This document shows, piece by piece, positions 1 to 7,677 of a stretch of 32,057 nt of DNA. The notes under the pieces were generated by a model, which saw nothing but the letters and a program-made list of their open reading frames with translations, was not told the DNA's origin and did not search any database. How positions within the stretch are numbered: the stretch's first letter is position 1; each line of letters begins with the position of its first letter. A program made the translations under genes and the position numbers. The stretch comes from Eubacteriales bacterium (GTDB taxonomy: Bacteria > Bacillota > Clostridia > Oscillospirales > CAG-272): the NCBI GenBank assembly GCA_045594865.1, contig JAZNZI010000135.1, positions 1 to 32,057 of the forward strand, given 5' to 3'.

Positions 1-849
1 TCACTTGCTAAACTGAGAAAGATCACCGAGGAGGGAGTTACCTTCAACTCGCATATGGACGGAAAGCGCATATTTATGGGCCCCGAGGAGTCTATGCGGA
101 TCCAGTCACACCTTGGATCTACTATCGCTATGGCGTTTGACGAATGCGTAGAGAACCCCGCACCCTATCAGTACGTAAAGAACTCTCACGAGCGCACTAT
201 CCGCTGGCTGAAGAGATGCCGCGAGGAGATGGACAGACTTAATGCAAAAGAGGGAACTGTAAACCCTCATCAAATGCTTTTTGGCATTAACCAGGGCGGT
301 ACTTACGAGGATCTTAGAATTGAAAATATGAAGGCTATCCGCGAGATCGAATGCGACGGATACGCTATCGGAGGCCTTGCCGTAGGTGAGAGCGCTGACG
401 TTATGTATCACATCATTGAGACCGTTGAGCCCTATATGCCTGTGGATAAGCCCAGATATCTTATGGGGGTGGGCACGCCCCAGAATATCGTAGAGTCGGT
501 TTATCGCGGCGTTGATTTCTTTGACTGCGTAATGCCCAGCCGTAACGCAAGACACGGCAACCTCTTTACCTGGAAGGGTAAGATCAATCTTTTAAACGAA
601 AAGTATGCCGAGGACGGCAGACCTATCGCAGAGGAGTGCGGTTGCCCTGCCTGCCGTAATTACAGCAGAAGCTATATCAGACATCTCTTCAAGGCGAGAG
701 AGGCGCTTGGTATGCGACTTGCCGTGCTTCATAATCTTTACTTCTATAACGACCTTATGCAGAAGATACGCGATGCGCTTGACGAGGGACGCTACGAGGA
801 ATTCTACCACACCTACGTAGATCTTCTTGCGGAACGCAGAAAGGATTAA
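1..849 (+). CDS. tgt: tRNA-guanine(34) transglycosylase (queuine tRNA-ribosyltransferase), 5'-truncated by the window edge
   Basis: Frame is open from base 1 (SLAKLRKITEEGVTFNSHMDG). Motifs AFDEC, GINQGG, GGLAVGE, PRYLMGVG, DFFDCVMPSRNARHG and the Zn-binding CxCxxC...H are present. Confidence 0.97.
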   Translation, partial: SLAKLRKITEEGVTFNSHMDGKRIFMGPEESMRIQSHLGSTIAMAFDECVENPAPYQYVKNSHERTIRWLKRCREEMDRLNAKEGTVNPHQMLFGINQGGTYEDLRIENMKAIREIECDGYAIGGLAVGESADVMYHIIETVEPYMPVDKPRYLMGVGTPQNIVESVYRGVDFFDCVMPSRNARHGNLFTWKGKINLLNEKYAEDGRPIAEECGCPACRNYSRSYIRHLFKAREALGMRLAVLHNLYFYNDLMQKIRDALDEGRYEEFYHTYVDLLAERRKD

Positions 850-850
850 A

Positions 851-1819
851 ATGGGATTTATTTCAAGGCAGATAGAGGATAGATATAGAAAAGTCCTTTT
901 TTCCAGGCACGATCCCGACGATAGAATCTACTACTTTTCTCACAGAGATTTTGGGGGACTTCTCAGACGTGAGTACTCCTTTGAGAGCAGTAAGGGATAT
1001 ATGCTCCGCGGTCAGTTTTACTTCTATGCGAACCCAAGAACCGATAGAATAATCATTTTTGACCACGGACTTGCCCCTTGGCACAGATCCTATATGCGTG
1101 AGATAGAGATGCTCTGCCGTCAGGGATACGCCGTTTATGCCTACGATCATACGGGCTGTGGCGACTCGGAGGGAGAGCACGTTATGGGCCTTTGCGGCTC
1201 GCTATGCGATCTTGACGATTGCCTTTACGTTTTTCGCGGCTTGGAGGAGCTTTCGGATAAGGAGATCTACATTGTAGGTCATAGCTGGGGCGGATTTTCA
1301 ACGCTCAATATTCTCGCCTTTCATCCCGAGGTAAAAAAGATCGTTGCTATGTCGGGCTTTATTTCGCTTGAGGTAATGCAGAAGCAGGTGGCGCCATTTA
1401 TCTTAGCGCCCTTCAGAAAGCAGATATTCGAGCTTGAGCGGAAGTACAATCCCGAGTACGTTTACTGCTCGGCGATAGACGCTCTGTCAAAGTGCGATAC
1501 ACCCGCTCTTGTCATTCACTCTGCCGACGATATGACCGTTAGTGCAAGGGCGAATTTTATGCGCCTTCAGCGCGAACTTGCAGGCAGACCTAATACCGAG
1601 TTTCTTCTTCTAACAGACAGGAATCATAATCCTACCTTTACAAAAGCAGCGGTTGAGTATAAAAAGGAGTTCTTTAAGGCGCTTGCCAAGCATAAAAAGC
1701 AGGGAACTCTCACCACCGATGAGGAAAAGGCTAAATTCATCGCATCCTACGACTGGAATAAAATGACCGAGCAGGATATAGAGGTATGGGATAGAATATA
1801 CTCATTCCTTGACAGATAG
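851..1819 (+). CDS. Alpha/beta fold hydrolase (serine esterase/lipase-like)
   Basis: HG oxyanion region (FDHGL), YDHTGCGDSEG, nucleophile elbow GHSWGG, IHSADD acid and NHNP His. ATG at 851, just after the tgt stop, is preferred over the 827 start. Confidence 0.85.
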   Translation: MGFISRQIEDRYRKVLFSRHDPDDRIYYFSHRDFGGLLRREYSFESSKGYMLRGQFYFYANPRTDRIIIFDHGLAPWHRSYMREIEMLCRQGYAVYAYDHTGCGDSEGEHVMGLCGSLCDLDDCLYVFRGLEELSDKEIYIVGHSWGGFSTLNILAFHPEVKKIVAMSGFISLEVMQKQVAPFILAPFRKQIFELERKYNPEYVYCSAIDALSKCDTPALVIHSADDMTVSARANFMRLQRELAGRPNTEFLLLTDRNHNPTFTKAAVEYKKEFFKALAKHKKQGTLTTDEEKAKFIASYDWNKMTEQDIEVWDRIYSFLDR

Positions 1820-1853
1820 ATATTGTAAAAAAATGCTAAAATTTTATTAATCG

Positions 1854-1884
1854 TGTAACCTTTTGGTGCTTTTGTGTGTCTTAT
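1854..1884 (+). promoter_or_regulatory. Putative ECF sigma-factor promoter (sigma-V/X/W-like)
   Basis: TGTAAC (1854-1859) followed by CTTTT, a 17-nt spacer, then TGTC-TTAT (1877-1884). This resembles Bacillota ECF consensus TGwAAC-N16/17-CGTC. Confidence 0.55.
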
Positions 1885-1914
1885 GTTATAAATACGAATA
1901 ATATGGGGGAGAGT

Positions 1915-2973
1915 ATGAGAAATTTGTCTATTTATTCACCGAAAATTAAGTTGATTTTGCTCTCGCTTATGCATCTTGTGACCGATGGACTGTGCGCGTA
2001 TCTTGCTTTTGTAAAGTTATATCCGGATAATCCCGAAGGGAGCATATTTATTTTCTTTGGATATAACATTTTAGCGTTCGTAACCCAGTCTCCTGTAGGA
2101 ATGATGATTGATAAATATAATAAGCCTAAGCTGTTTCTCGCGGTGAGCATTATTTCTATGATTCTCGGCTATCTGCTCAGTGATTTGTGGTTTTTGTCGG
2201 TAATATTTATTGGTATAAGTAATTCTATATTTCACGTCGCAGGCGGAAAGTACGTTAGCGACAAGAGCGGGAATGATATCTCGCATCTCGGAATATTCGT
2301 TTCTACCGGAGCCATTGGGCTTGTGCTCGGGCAAAGATATCTATCCTTCCTGCCCCTGCCTTATTTGCTCTTTTCCGTGCTTATTATTTGCGGACTTCTT
2401 GTGATTTTTTTCGAGGACAGCGAAACTAAGTCCTATCCGGAGGAATACGAGTCGAATAAAGGCGAAACGTATGCTATACTTGCTATAATCGCTGTTGTTG
2501 TGATACGCTCTTTTGTTGGAAAGGTAGCCTCGCCCGTCTTTCCCCTTTCGGGAAACATGTTTTTAGTTATGGCGATTGCAACAGCTCTCGGCAAGGCGGC
2601 AGGAGGTATCTTTTCCAAATTCATCGGAATTAAAGCTACCACATATATCTCAATGCTTGCCTCTGCGATCTGTCTGACGCTTGGAACGGAAAGTATACCG
2701 ATATTTATCCTTGGAATATTCGCATTTAATTTTTCAATGCCCATAACATTGTATTATGCAAATATTCTTATGAAGGGAAGCGAGGGGTTTGCTTTCGGCA
2801 CACTTGCTGCAGCCTTGATACCCGGATTTTTTATCGCTATGTCATTTACATATTCAACCGTTATGCGAGTAATCACAGCGATACTTTGCCTTATATCGAT
2901 GCTTATAATAATCATTGTTTCAAAGAGAATAAAAAATGCTGATAAAAGCTTTAGTATTAACAGAAATAATTGA
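1915..2973 (+). CDS. MFS-like multi-pass membrane protein (resembles FSR-annotated MFS transporters)
   Basis: About 11-12 hydrophobic segments in two halves, with HLVTD in TM1 and loop motif GMMIDKYN after TM2. The start is uncertain (1876, 1903 or 1915); ATG 1915 follows GGGGGAGAG and lies downstream of the predicted promoter. Confidence 0.7.
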   Translation: MRNLSIYSPKIKLILLSLMHLVTDGLCAYLAFVKLYPDNPEGSIFIFFGYNILAFVTQSPVGMMIDKYNKPKLFLAVSIISMILGYLLSDLWFLSVIFIGISNSIFHVAGGKYVSDKSGNDISHLGIFVSTGAIGLVLGQRYLSFLPLPYLLFSVLIICGLLVIFFEDSETKSYPEEYESNKGETYAILAIIAVVVIRSFVGKVASPVFPLSGNMFLVMAIATALGKAAGGIFSKFIGIKATTYISMLASAICLTLGTESIPIFILGIFAFNFSMPITLYYANILMKGSEGFAFGTLAAALIPGFFIAMSFTYSTVMRVITAILCLISMLIIIIVSKRIKNADKSFSINRNN

Positions 2974-3265
2974 GTGTATAGCACTCTATTTCCTTAAAGA
3001 ACGAGATAAAATACTATATGTATATTGGGTGGCGTTGACTGCATTTACCAACCTGTGTGCCAATCTTTATATTGTTCTTGTCTTTTCGGGAAATAATTTT
3101 CAGTATTGGTTGACGGCTGCTGTAATTGAGATTTTAGTCTTTATAAGCGAATTTCTATTCTGTCTTGCCTATACCAAAGATAAACTAAAGAGCGTTAAAT
3201 ATAGCGCTGTATGCAATATTTCCAGCTTTATTATTGGACTCATTTTCTTGCCATTATTTATTTAA
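2936..3265 (+). CDS. Small four-TM hypothetical membrane protein with LTxxxE / TN / ExxVxxxE / NxxS motifs
   Basis: 109-aa hydrophobic ORF overlapping the end of the MFS gene, with charged or polar residues regularly placed inside its helices. Confidence 0.75.
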   Translation: MLIKALVLTEIIECIALYFLKERDKILYVYWVALTAFTNLCANLYIVLVFSGNNFQYWLTAAVIEILVFISEFLFCLAYTKDKLKSVKYSAVCNISSFIIGLIFLPLFI

Positions 3266-3277
3266 GGAGGATACACT

Positions 3278-3424
3278 ATGTTTTCGCTTGATGTCTTGCC
3301 GCCATCACCGTCAGAAATTCTTTTTTATAGATTATCCGAGGCTGAGTTTACAACGGTACTTTGTGTCATAGGCGTTGTAATTGTGCTTATTCTTGGTATA
3401 CTTCTTTTTAAAAAGAAGAGATAA
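3278..3424 (+). CDS. 48-aa single-TM micro-protein MFSLDVLPPSPSEILFYRLSEAEFTTVLCVIGVVIVLILGILLFKKKR
   Basis: Translated by hand. AAGGAGG (3264-3270) lies 7 nt before the ATG and overlaps the upstream stop. The C-terminal hydrophobic helix is followed by KKKR. Paralogous to the next ORF. Confidence 0.8.
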   Translation: MFSLDVLPPSPSEILFYRLSEAEFTTVLCVIGVVIVLILGILLFKKKR

Positions 3425-3438
3425 TTTAGGAGGATATT

Positions 3439-3561
3439 ATGTTTTTACTTGATGTTTTAGTTTCGCCACTTGCGTTGCTGCTTTATCCACCGATCGGTAT
3501 TACTGTAGGTATAATAATTGCGCTGATAATAATTGTCACTATTCTCATAAAAAGGCGTTGA
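3439..3561 (+). CDS. 40-aa single-TM micro-protein MFLLDVLVSPLALLLYPPIGITVGIIIALIIIVTILIKRR
   Basis: Translated by hand. AGGAGG (3428-3433) lies 5 nt before the ATG. Shares the MFxLDVL start and the TM plus basic tail with the preceding ORF. Confidence 0.8.
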   Translation: MFLLDVLVSPLALLLYPPIGITVGIIIALIIIVTILIKRR

Positions 3562-3590
3562 AAGCGCACGAAAAATCTTCTACATATGAA

Positions 3591-3616
3591 AAGGGAGAAC
3601 CAACCGGTTCTCCCTT
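3591..3616. terminator. Probable bidirectional intrinsic terminator
   Basis: Perfect 11-bp stem AAGGGAGAACC/GGTTCTCCCTT with a 4-nt loop, between convergent genes. Confidence 0.8.
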
Positions 3617-3624
3617 AGATTTTA

Positions 3625-4026
3625 TTAATCCAATTTAAGCTTATCCCCACTACAATGACCGTCAAACATACCTGTCATATCGCAGGTAAACTTGCCGTCG
3701 TTTTCTTTGAATCCTATCGCGAGAAGCAGTCTTTCATCCGCGGCATCGCTGGCTGCCTCGCAGATATGCGCGCCGCACAGATCAATAAAGTTCATCGTCT
3801 GTCTTGCAAGGATAAACATTGCCTCAAAGTCGCCTCTCTCACCCGCTTCCTTAAGGTCAAATATGTATCCCACCTTGCCGATCTCAAACTGCGACATACC
3901 CATGATCTCGCCGCTGTCTATATCAAACATAACGTAGGCGAAGGCGTCCGCGCGGTATTTCACGCCGCACTCCTTGCATATTTCCTTTTGCTTCTCCTTA
4001 TCCTGAACAGGTGTGATCTTAAACAT
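3625..4026 (-). CDS. Hypothetical protein (133 aa, possibly GNAT-like fold)
   Basis: Start overlaps the rluB end, with GGAAG/AGGA-type RBS bases upstream. The pattern ...LLLAIGFKE... is reminiscent of GNAT C-terminal motifs. Function not assignable. Confidence 0.65.
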   Translation of the reverse strand: MFKITPVQDKEKQKEICKECGVKYRADAFAYVMFDIDSGEIMGMSQFEIGKVGYIFDLKEAGERGDFEAMFILARQTMNFIDLCGAHICEAASDAADERLLLAIGFKENDGKFTCDMTGMFDGHCSGDKLKLD

Positions 4027-4756
4027 TTTTTACTTCCTTCGTAGCCTTATAAAGATAATCTACCTCACTCTGCTCAAGGTATCTCCACTTTCCTGTGGGA
4101 AGTCCGTCAAGCTTCAGATTACCGATAGATACGCGGGACAGACGCTTTACCGTAAGGTCAGCAGCCTCGCACATCTTTCTTATCTGTCTGTTTCTGCCCT
4201 CGAAGAGAGTGAATTTCAGCACGGTGCCATTCTCGTCCTCGCCGGTTATTATAACGTCGCAGGGCTTTATCTTATAGCCGTCGATCTCCAGGGGAGAGGT
4301 GAGTATATCAAGCTGACTCTCGGTAACCGAGCCGCCAACCTTAACGCGATATACCTTGGGTATGGAGTGGCTTGGGTGGGTAAGACGGTTTTTCAGCTCG
4401 CCGTCGTCGGTCAGCAGGATCATACCCTCGCTAATCATGTCAAGTCTGCCAACGGGATAAACCCTCGCATCCACACCCACAAGCAGATCGGTCACGCACT
4501 TCCTACCTCTGTCATCGGTGGTAGAGGAGAGATATCCTCTCGGCTTGTTTAGCATAATATAGGTGTACTTGCGCTTCTCGTATCTTACGCGCTTGCCCTT
4601 GTATGCTACTGCGTCCTCGGCGGGATTTATCTTCACTCCAATAGAAGCCACGTGACCGTTGACTGAGAAGTTTCCTCTTTCGATCTCCGCCTCTGCCGCT
4701 CTTCTGGACATAAGTCCCGCATCTGCTATAAATTTCTGAAGTCTGATCTTTTCCAT
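4019..4756 (-). CDS. rluB: RsuA/RluB-family rRNA pseudouridine synthase
   Basis: S4 domain (RLQKFIADAGLMSRRAAE), LNKPRG, catalytic VGRLD and EGRNRQIRKM. The start is placed at MEKIRL (4756). Confidence 0.9.
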   Translation of the reverse strand: MEKIRLQKFIADAGLMSRRAAEAEIERGNFSVNGHVASIGVKINPAEDAVAYKGKRVRYEKRKYTYIMLNKPRGYLSSTTDDRGRKCVTDLLVGVDARVYPVGRLDMISEGMILLTDDGELKNRLTHPSHSIPKVYRVKVGGSVTESQLDILTSPLEIDGYKIKPCDVIITGEDENGTVLKFTLFEGRNRQIRKMCEAADLTVKRLSRVSIGNLKLDGLPTGKWRYLEQSEVDYLYKATKEVKNV

Positions 4757-4778
4757 TATTTTCTCCGTTGTCCTGTTG

Positions 4779-5915
4779 TTAGTCAAATATAGATAGGATT
4801 CTTTCAAAAAATCCCTTGCTTTCCTTTTGGTTCACGCTTTCCAAGGCCACGAGAGGCACTCGTGCAACCTCTTCGCCGTCTGCGGTGTAAATGATCTCTC
4901 CAAGCTTTTCGCCTCTGCTAATGGGTGCAATTCCGTATTTAATAAGCCTTACGTGCTCGGTGATATATCGATCTCCCCGTTTTACGATTATATCGGCTCC
5001 GTCGGGATTTGCTACTGTAAGGTACTCGCTTTCGCCGTCAAGCAGGGGGATTTTATACATATGATCAAACCCGCGCGCCAGCGTGATTTTTTCAAGACTC
5101 TCAAAGCCATAGTCAAGCATTTTTTCGTGGTCGCTCCAATCGCTTGGCGCATCAAGAGTGACCGTGATAAAGGTAAGGCCGTCCTTTTCCGCTGCTCCGA
5201 CGAGGCATCTGCCGCTTTTCTTCGTGAAACCTGTCTTGATTCCTATGCATCCGTCGTAAAGGCGCAGCAGCTTGTTATGGTTAACGTAGGTGCGCGTTCT
5301 GTCCTCGGTGGCAAAGGTTTTCTTATAAGTAGAAGCAATTTTCCTGAAGGCGGGATTTTTCAGTGCCTCGGCAGCTATGAGCGAAAGCTCTCTTGCCGTG
5401 GTATAATGCTCATCATCGTCAAGTCCGTGGGGGTTAGTAAAATGCGTGTCGGTCAGACCAAGCCTGAAGGCTCTGTCGTTCATAAGGGCAGAGAAGCCCT
5501 CGATGTCACCGCCAATATGGCAGGCAATAGCCACCGCCGCGTCGTTTGCGCTTTGAAGCAGAAGCGCGTACAGAAGCTCCTCCATAGTAAGAACGTCGCC
5601 TAAGCGCAGATAGGCGGATGAGCCTTCGGTGCCTATAGCCGAATCGTCGATCTCAACAAGCTCGCTCGGGTCACTGTTTTCAAGAGCCACGAGAGCGGTC
5701 ATTATCTTGGTCGTACTCGCCATGGGCAGCCTTACGTCTGCGTTCTTTGAATAGAGGAAATTATCAATTTCAGGCTGATAAAGCACGGCAGACTTGGCAC
5801 TTACCGAAAACCCACCGCTTTTATGCTCACCGAAGGCATATATGGTGAGGAAGGAAAATATAAACGCCACTATCAGCAAAACGGCAATATATATACTTAT
5901 GCTGTTTCTTTTCAT
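4779..5915 (-). CDS. D-alanyl-D-alanine carboxypeptidase (peptidase S11, DacB/DacF-like)
   Basis: N-terminal signal/TM, MASTTK (SxxK), SAN (SxN), NPHGL, KTG and a PBP5 C-terminal domain. It lies in the scpAB...rluB context typical of sporulation DacB. Confidence 0.92.
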   Translation of the reverse strand: MKRNSISIYIAVLLIVAFIFSFLTIYAFGEHKSGGFSVSAKSAVLYQPEIDNFLYSKNADVRLPMASTTKIMTALVALENSDPSELVEIDDSAIGTEGSSAYLRLGDVLTMEELLYALLLQSANDAAVAIACHIGGDIEGFSALMNDRAFRLGLTDTHFTNPHGLDDDEHYTTARELSLIAAEALKNPAFRKIASTYKKTFATEDRTRTYVNHNKLLRLYDGCIGIKTGFTKKSGRCLVGAAEKDGLTFITVTLDAPSDWSDHEKMLDYGFESLEKITLARGFDHMYKIPLLDGESEYLTVANPDGADIIVKRGDRYITEHVRLIKYGIAPISRGEKLGEIIYTADGEEVARVPLVALESVNQKESKGFFERILSIFD

Positions 5916-5973
5916 TTTTAAGATCCTTTTTTTCTTATCCTTTGAAAGAAAGGATTTTTCTATTCAATGAAAT

Positions 5974-6351
5974 TTATGACAGCGCATTCTTTATTTTCTC
6001 AATTATCTCGGGAGACTTCTCGACAAGATTTACGATCTTGTCAATATCACCGACACCGCCGTTTATGTGTATAAGATTGACCTCGGCATCTCTGCCGACG
6101 GTTAAAAAGGCAATTGGTGTGATGGCAAGTCCCGTGCCACCGCCACCGCCGAAATTCTGATCGGTTTCCTGCCGACCTCCGCCGTAGTCGATGCCGCCGG
6201 TCGCAATTCCCATAGCCACCTTTGACACAGGGATAACCGTCACTCCGCTTGGCGTTGTTATGGCGTTTCCTATAACCGTTTCCATATCGGTAAAGCTTTT
6301 TATTCCGTCCATAGAAGCCTTTATAATGTCACTCATTTTATTCTCCGACAT
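5974..6351 (-). CDS. ytfJ: Sporulation protein YtfJ/GerW family
   Basis: Motifs TVIGNAI, VIPVSKV, FGGGGGTG and ITPIAFL. Confidence 0.9.
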   Translation of the reverse strand: MSENKMSDIIKASMDGIKSFTDMETVIGNAITTPSGVTVIPVSKVAMGIATGGIDYGGGRQETDQNFGGGGGTGLAITPIAFLTVGRDAEVNLIHINGGVGDIDKIVNLVEKSPEIIEKIKNALS

Positions 6352-6353
6352 AG

Positions 6354-6875
6354 CTATTCCTTCCGTTTCTTTTCTTCGTTTATGCCACGCTTAAAGGTCA
6401 AAAGGGCGTAGATTAACTGATAAAGACGGAGCTTTGCGGTAATATGATATTGTGCTCCTGTGACGTCGGGGGATGAAATGATTGCATTATCCTCGAGGGC
6501 GAGCCTTTGCGTTTTGGTTTTTAGATAGGCTATCACGGCATAGATCAGTCCCTGGTAGCCAAAGGGACGGACGAGAGACATTCCGTCAAAGGATTTTATC
6601 TTGCAGGGCAGAATTATCCGCTTGATCAGTAGCTCGCATTCGCTGATTCTGGCAAGCGTGCCTGCAATCACGCGAATATATGCTCTTGTGCTAAGCTTCT
6701 TTTTCTTGTCCTCATTCTGTCGCGATTTTTCCTCGCTGATAAGATGAAGCGCCAGCAGGGGAAGATGGAACTGTACTCTTAATTTTTCTTCCTTTATCAC
6801 TCTGACCCACACCTTTCGCGTCAGAATGAAAAAGAGTAAAAACGAAATAATCAGTCCGATCAGTACCCCTGCCAT
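6354..6875 (-). CDS. Hypothetical membrane-anchored protein, positional YtfI/DUF2953-like
   Basis: N-terminal TM, basic composition, GGAGG RBS; lies immediately upstream of ytfJ. Confidence 0.55.
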   Translation of the reverse strand: MAGVLIGLIISFLLFFILTRKVWVRVIKEEKLRVQFHLPLLALHLISEEKSRQNEDKKKKLSTRAYIRVIAGTLARISECELLIKRIILPCKIKSFDGMSLVRPFGYQGLIYAVIAYLKTKTQRLALEDNAIISSPDVTGAQYHITAKLRLYQLIYALLTFKRGINEEKKRKE

Positions 6876-6883
6876 AGGCCTCC

Positions 6884-7672
6884 TTACATATCGTCGACTA
6901 TAATATCGTCCTCAGCCGAATGCTCGTCCTCGTATGCCACAGCCTCGGTGGATGCGTTATCTTCGGCTGCTGCTTCCTCGGACTGCTCGGGTACGGCAAG
7001 ATCCTCGTCGGAGATGGCGATCTGCTCGGTCTCCTCAAGAGCCTCGTCAACGCTGTCCATTCTTGCAAACATAGCCTTGATCTCGTCTGCCGTCTGGGGC
7101 AGGGCGTCAATGCTTGTAAGTCCAAATGCGCGGAGGAAATCGGGGGTCGTGCCGTAGAGCATAGGACGGCCGGGTGCATCAAGACGTCCCTTGGACTCAA
7201 TAAGTCCGCGGTCGATAAGATTGTTCATAGCATAGGAGGAGTCAACGCGTCTGAGAGTGTCGACGAAAACTCTCGTCACGGGCTGATTGTACGCAACGAT
7301 CGCAAGCGCCTCCATAGAAGAGGAGGAAAGCGAGCCGCTCTTTCTGATACCAAGCGCATCGCGTATCTCGGTGAGATAGTATTTCTTGGTGCAGAGCTGG
7401 CAGGAATCGGCGTATGTAAGCAGGATAACTCCTCTCGGAATCTCGGAGTTGTTGTAAATTGCCGAGTATTTTGCTACCTTTTCCTTGATTCTTGAGGGGG
7501 TGGTTTCAAATACTCTTGCAAGGGTTGCATATGTAATAGGATGTCCTGCGGCAAAGAGAATAGCCTCAAGCGCCTCCTCAAAAACAACAGCGCGCTCGCT
7601 CTGCTGTATTTCCTCGGCAGTTTCCTTGTTCTCGGTCTCTGCCGCCGCTTCATCTCTTATTATGTCACTCAT
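6884..7672 (-). CDS. scpB: SMC-Scp complex subunit ScpB
   Basis: EAILFAAG, LAIVAYNQPVTR and GRPMLYGTTPDFLRAFGL, with an acidic C-terminal tail. Confidence 0.95.
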   Translation of the reverse strand: MSDIIRDEAAAETENKETAEEIQQSERAVVFEEALEAILFAAGHPITYATLARVFETTPSRIKEKVAKYSAIYNNSEIPRGVILLTYADSCQLCTKKYYLTEIRDALGIRKSGSLSSSSMEALAIVAYNQPVTRVFVDTLRRVDSSYAMNNLIDRGLIESKGRLDAPGRPMLYGTTPDFLRAFGLTSIDALPQTADEIKAMFARMDSVDEALEETEQIAISDEDLAVPEQSEEAAAEDNASTEAVAYEDEHSAEDDIIVDDM

Positions 7673-7677
7673 TTATA

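Noticed and set aside
1-849. Possible queuine-salvaging TGT variant
   Set aside because: It retains DEC and GGLAVGE, typical of canonical bacterial preQ1-inserting TGT.
3278-3561. Micro-proteins as LPXTG sortase substrates, type I toxins or classic RiPP/bacteriocin precursors
   Set aside because: There is no LPXTG, double-glycine leader or Cys/Ser-rich core, no adjacent modifying enzyme of a known class, and no evident antisense RNA. They were kept as an unassigned system instead.
6884-7060. Acidic low-complexity C-terminus of ScpB
   Set aside because: Common disordered tail with no real tandem repeat.
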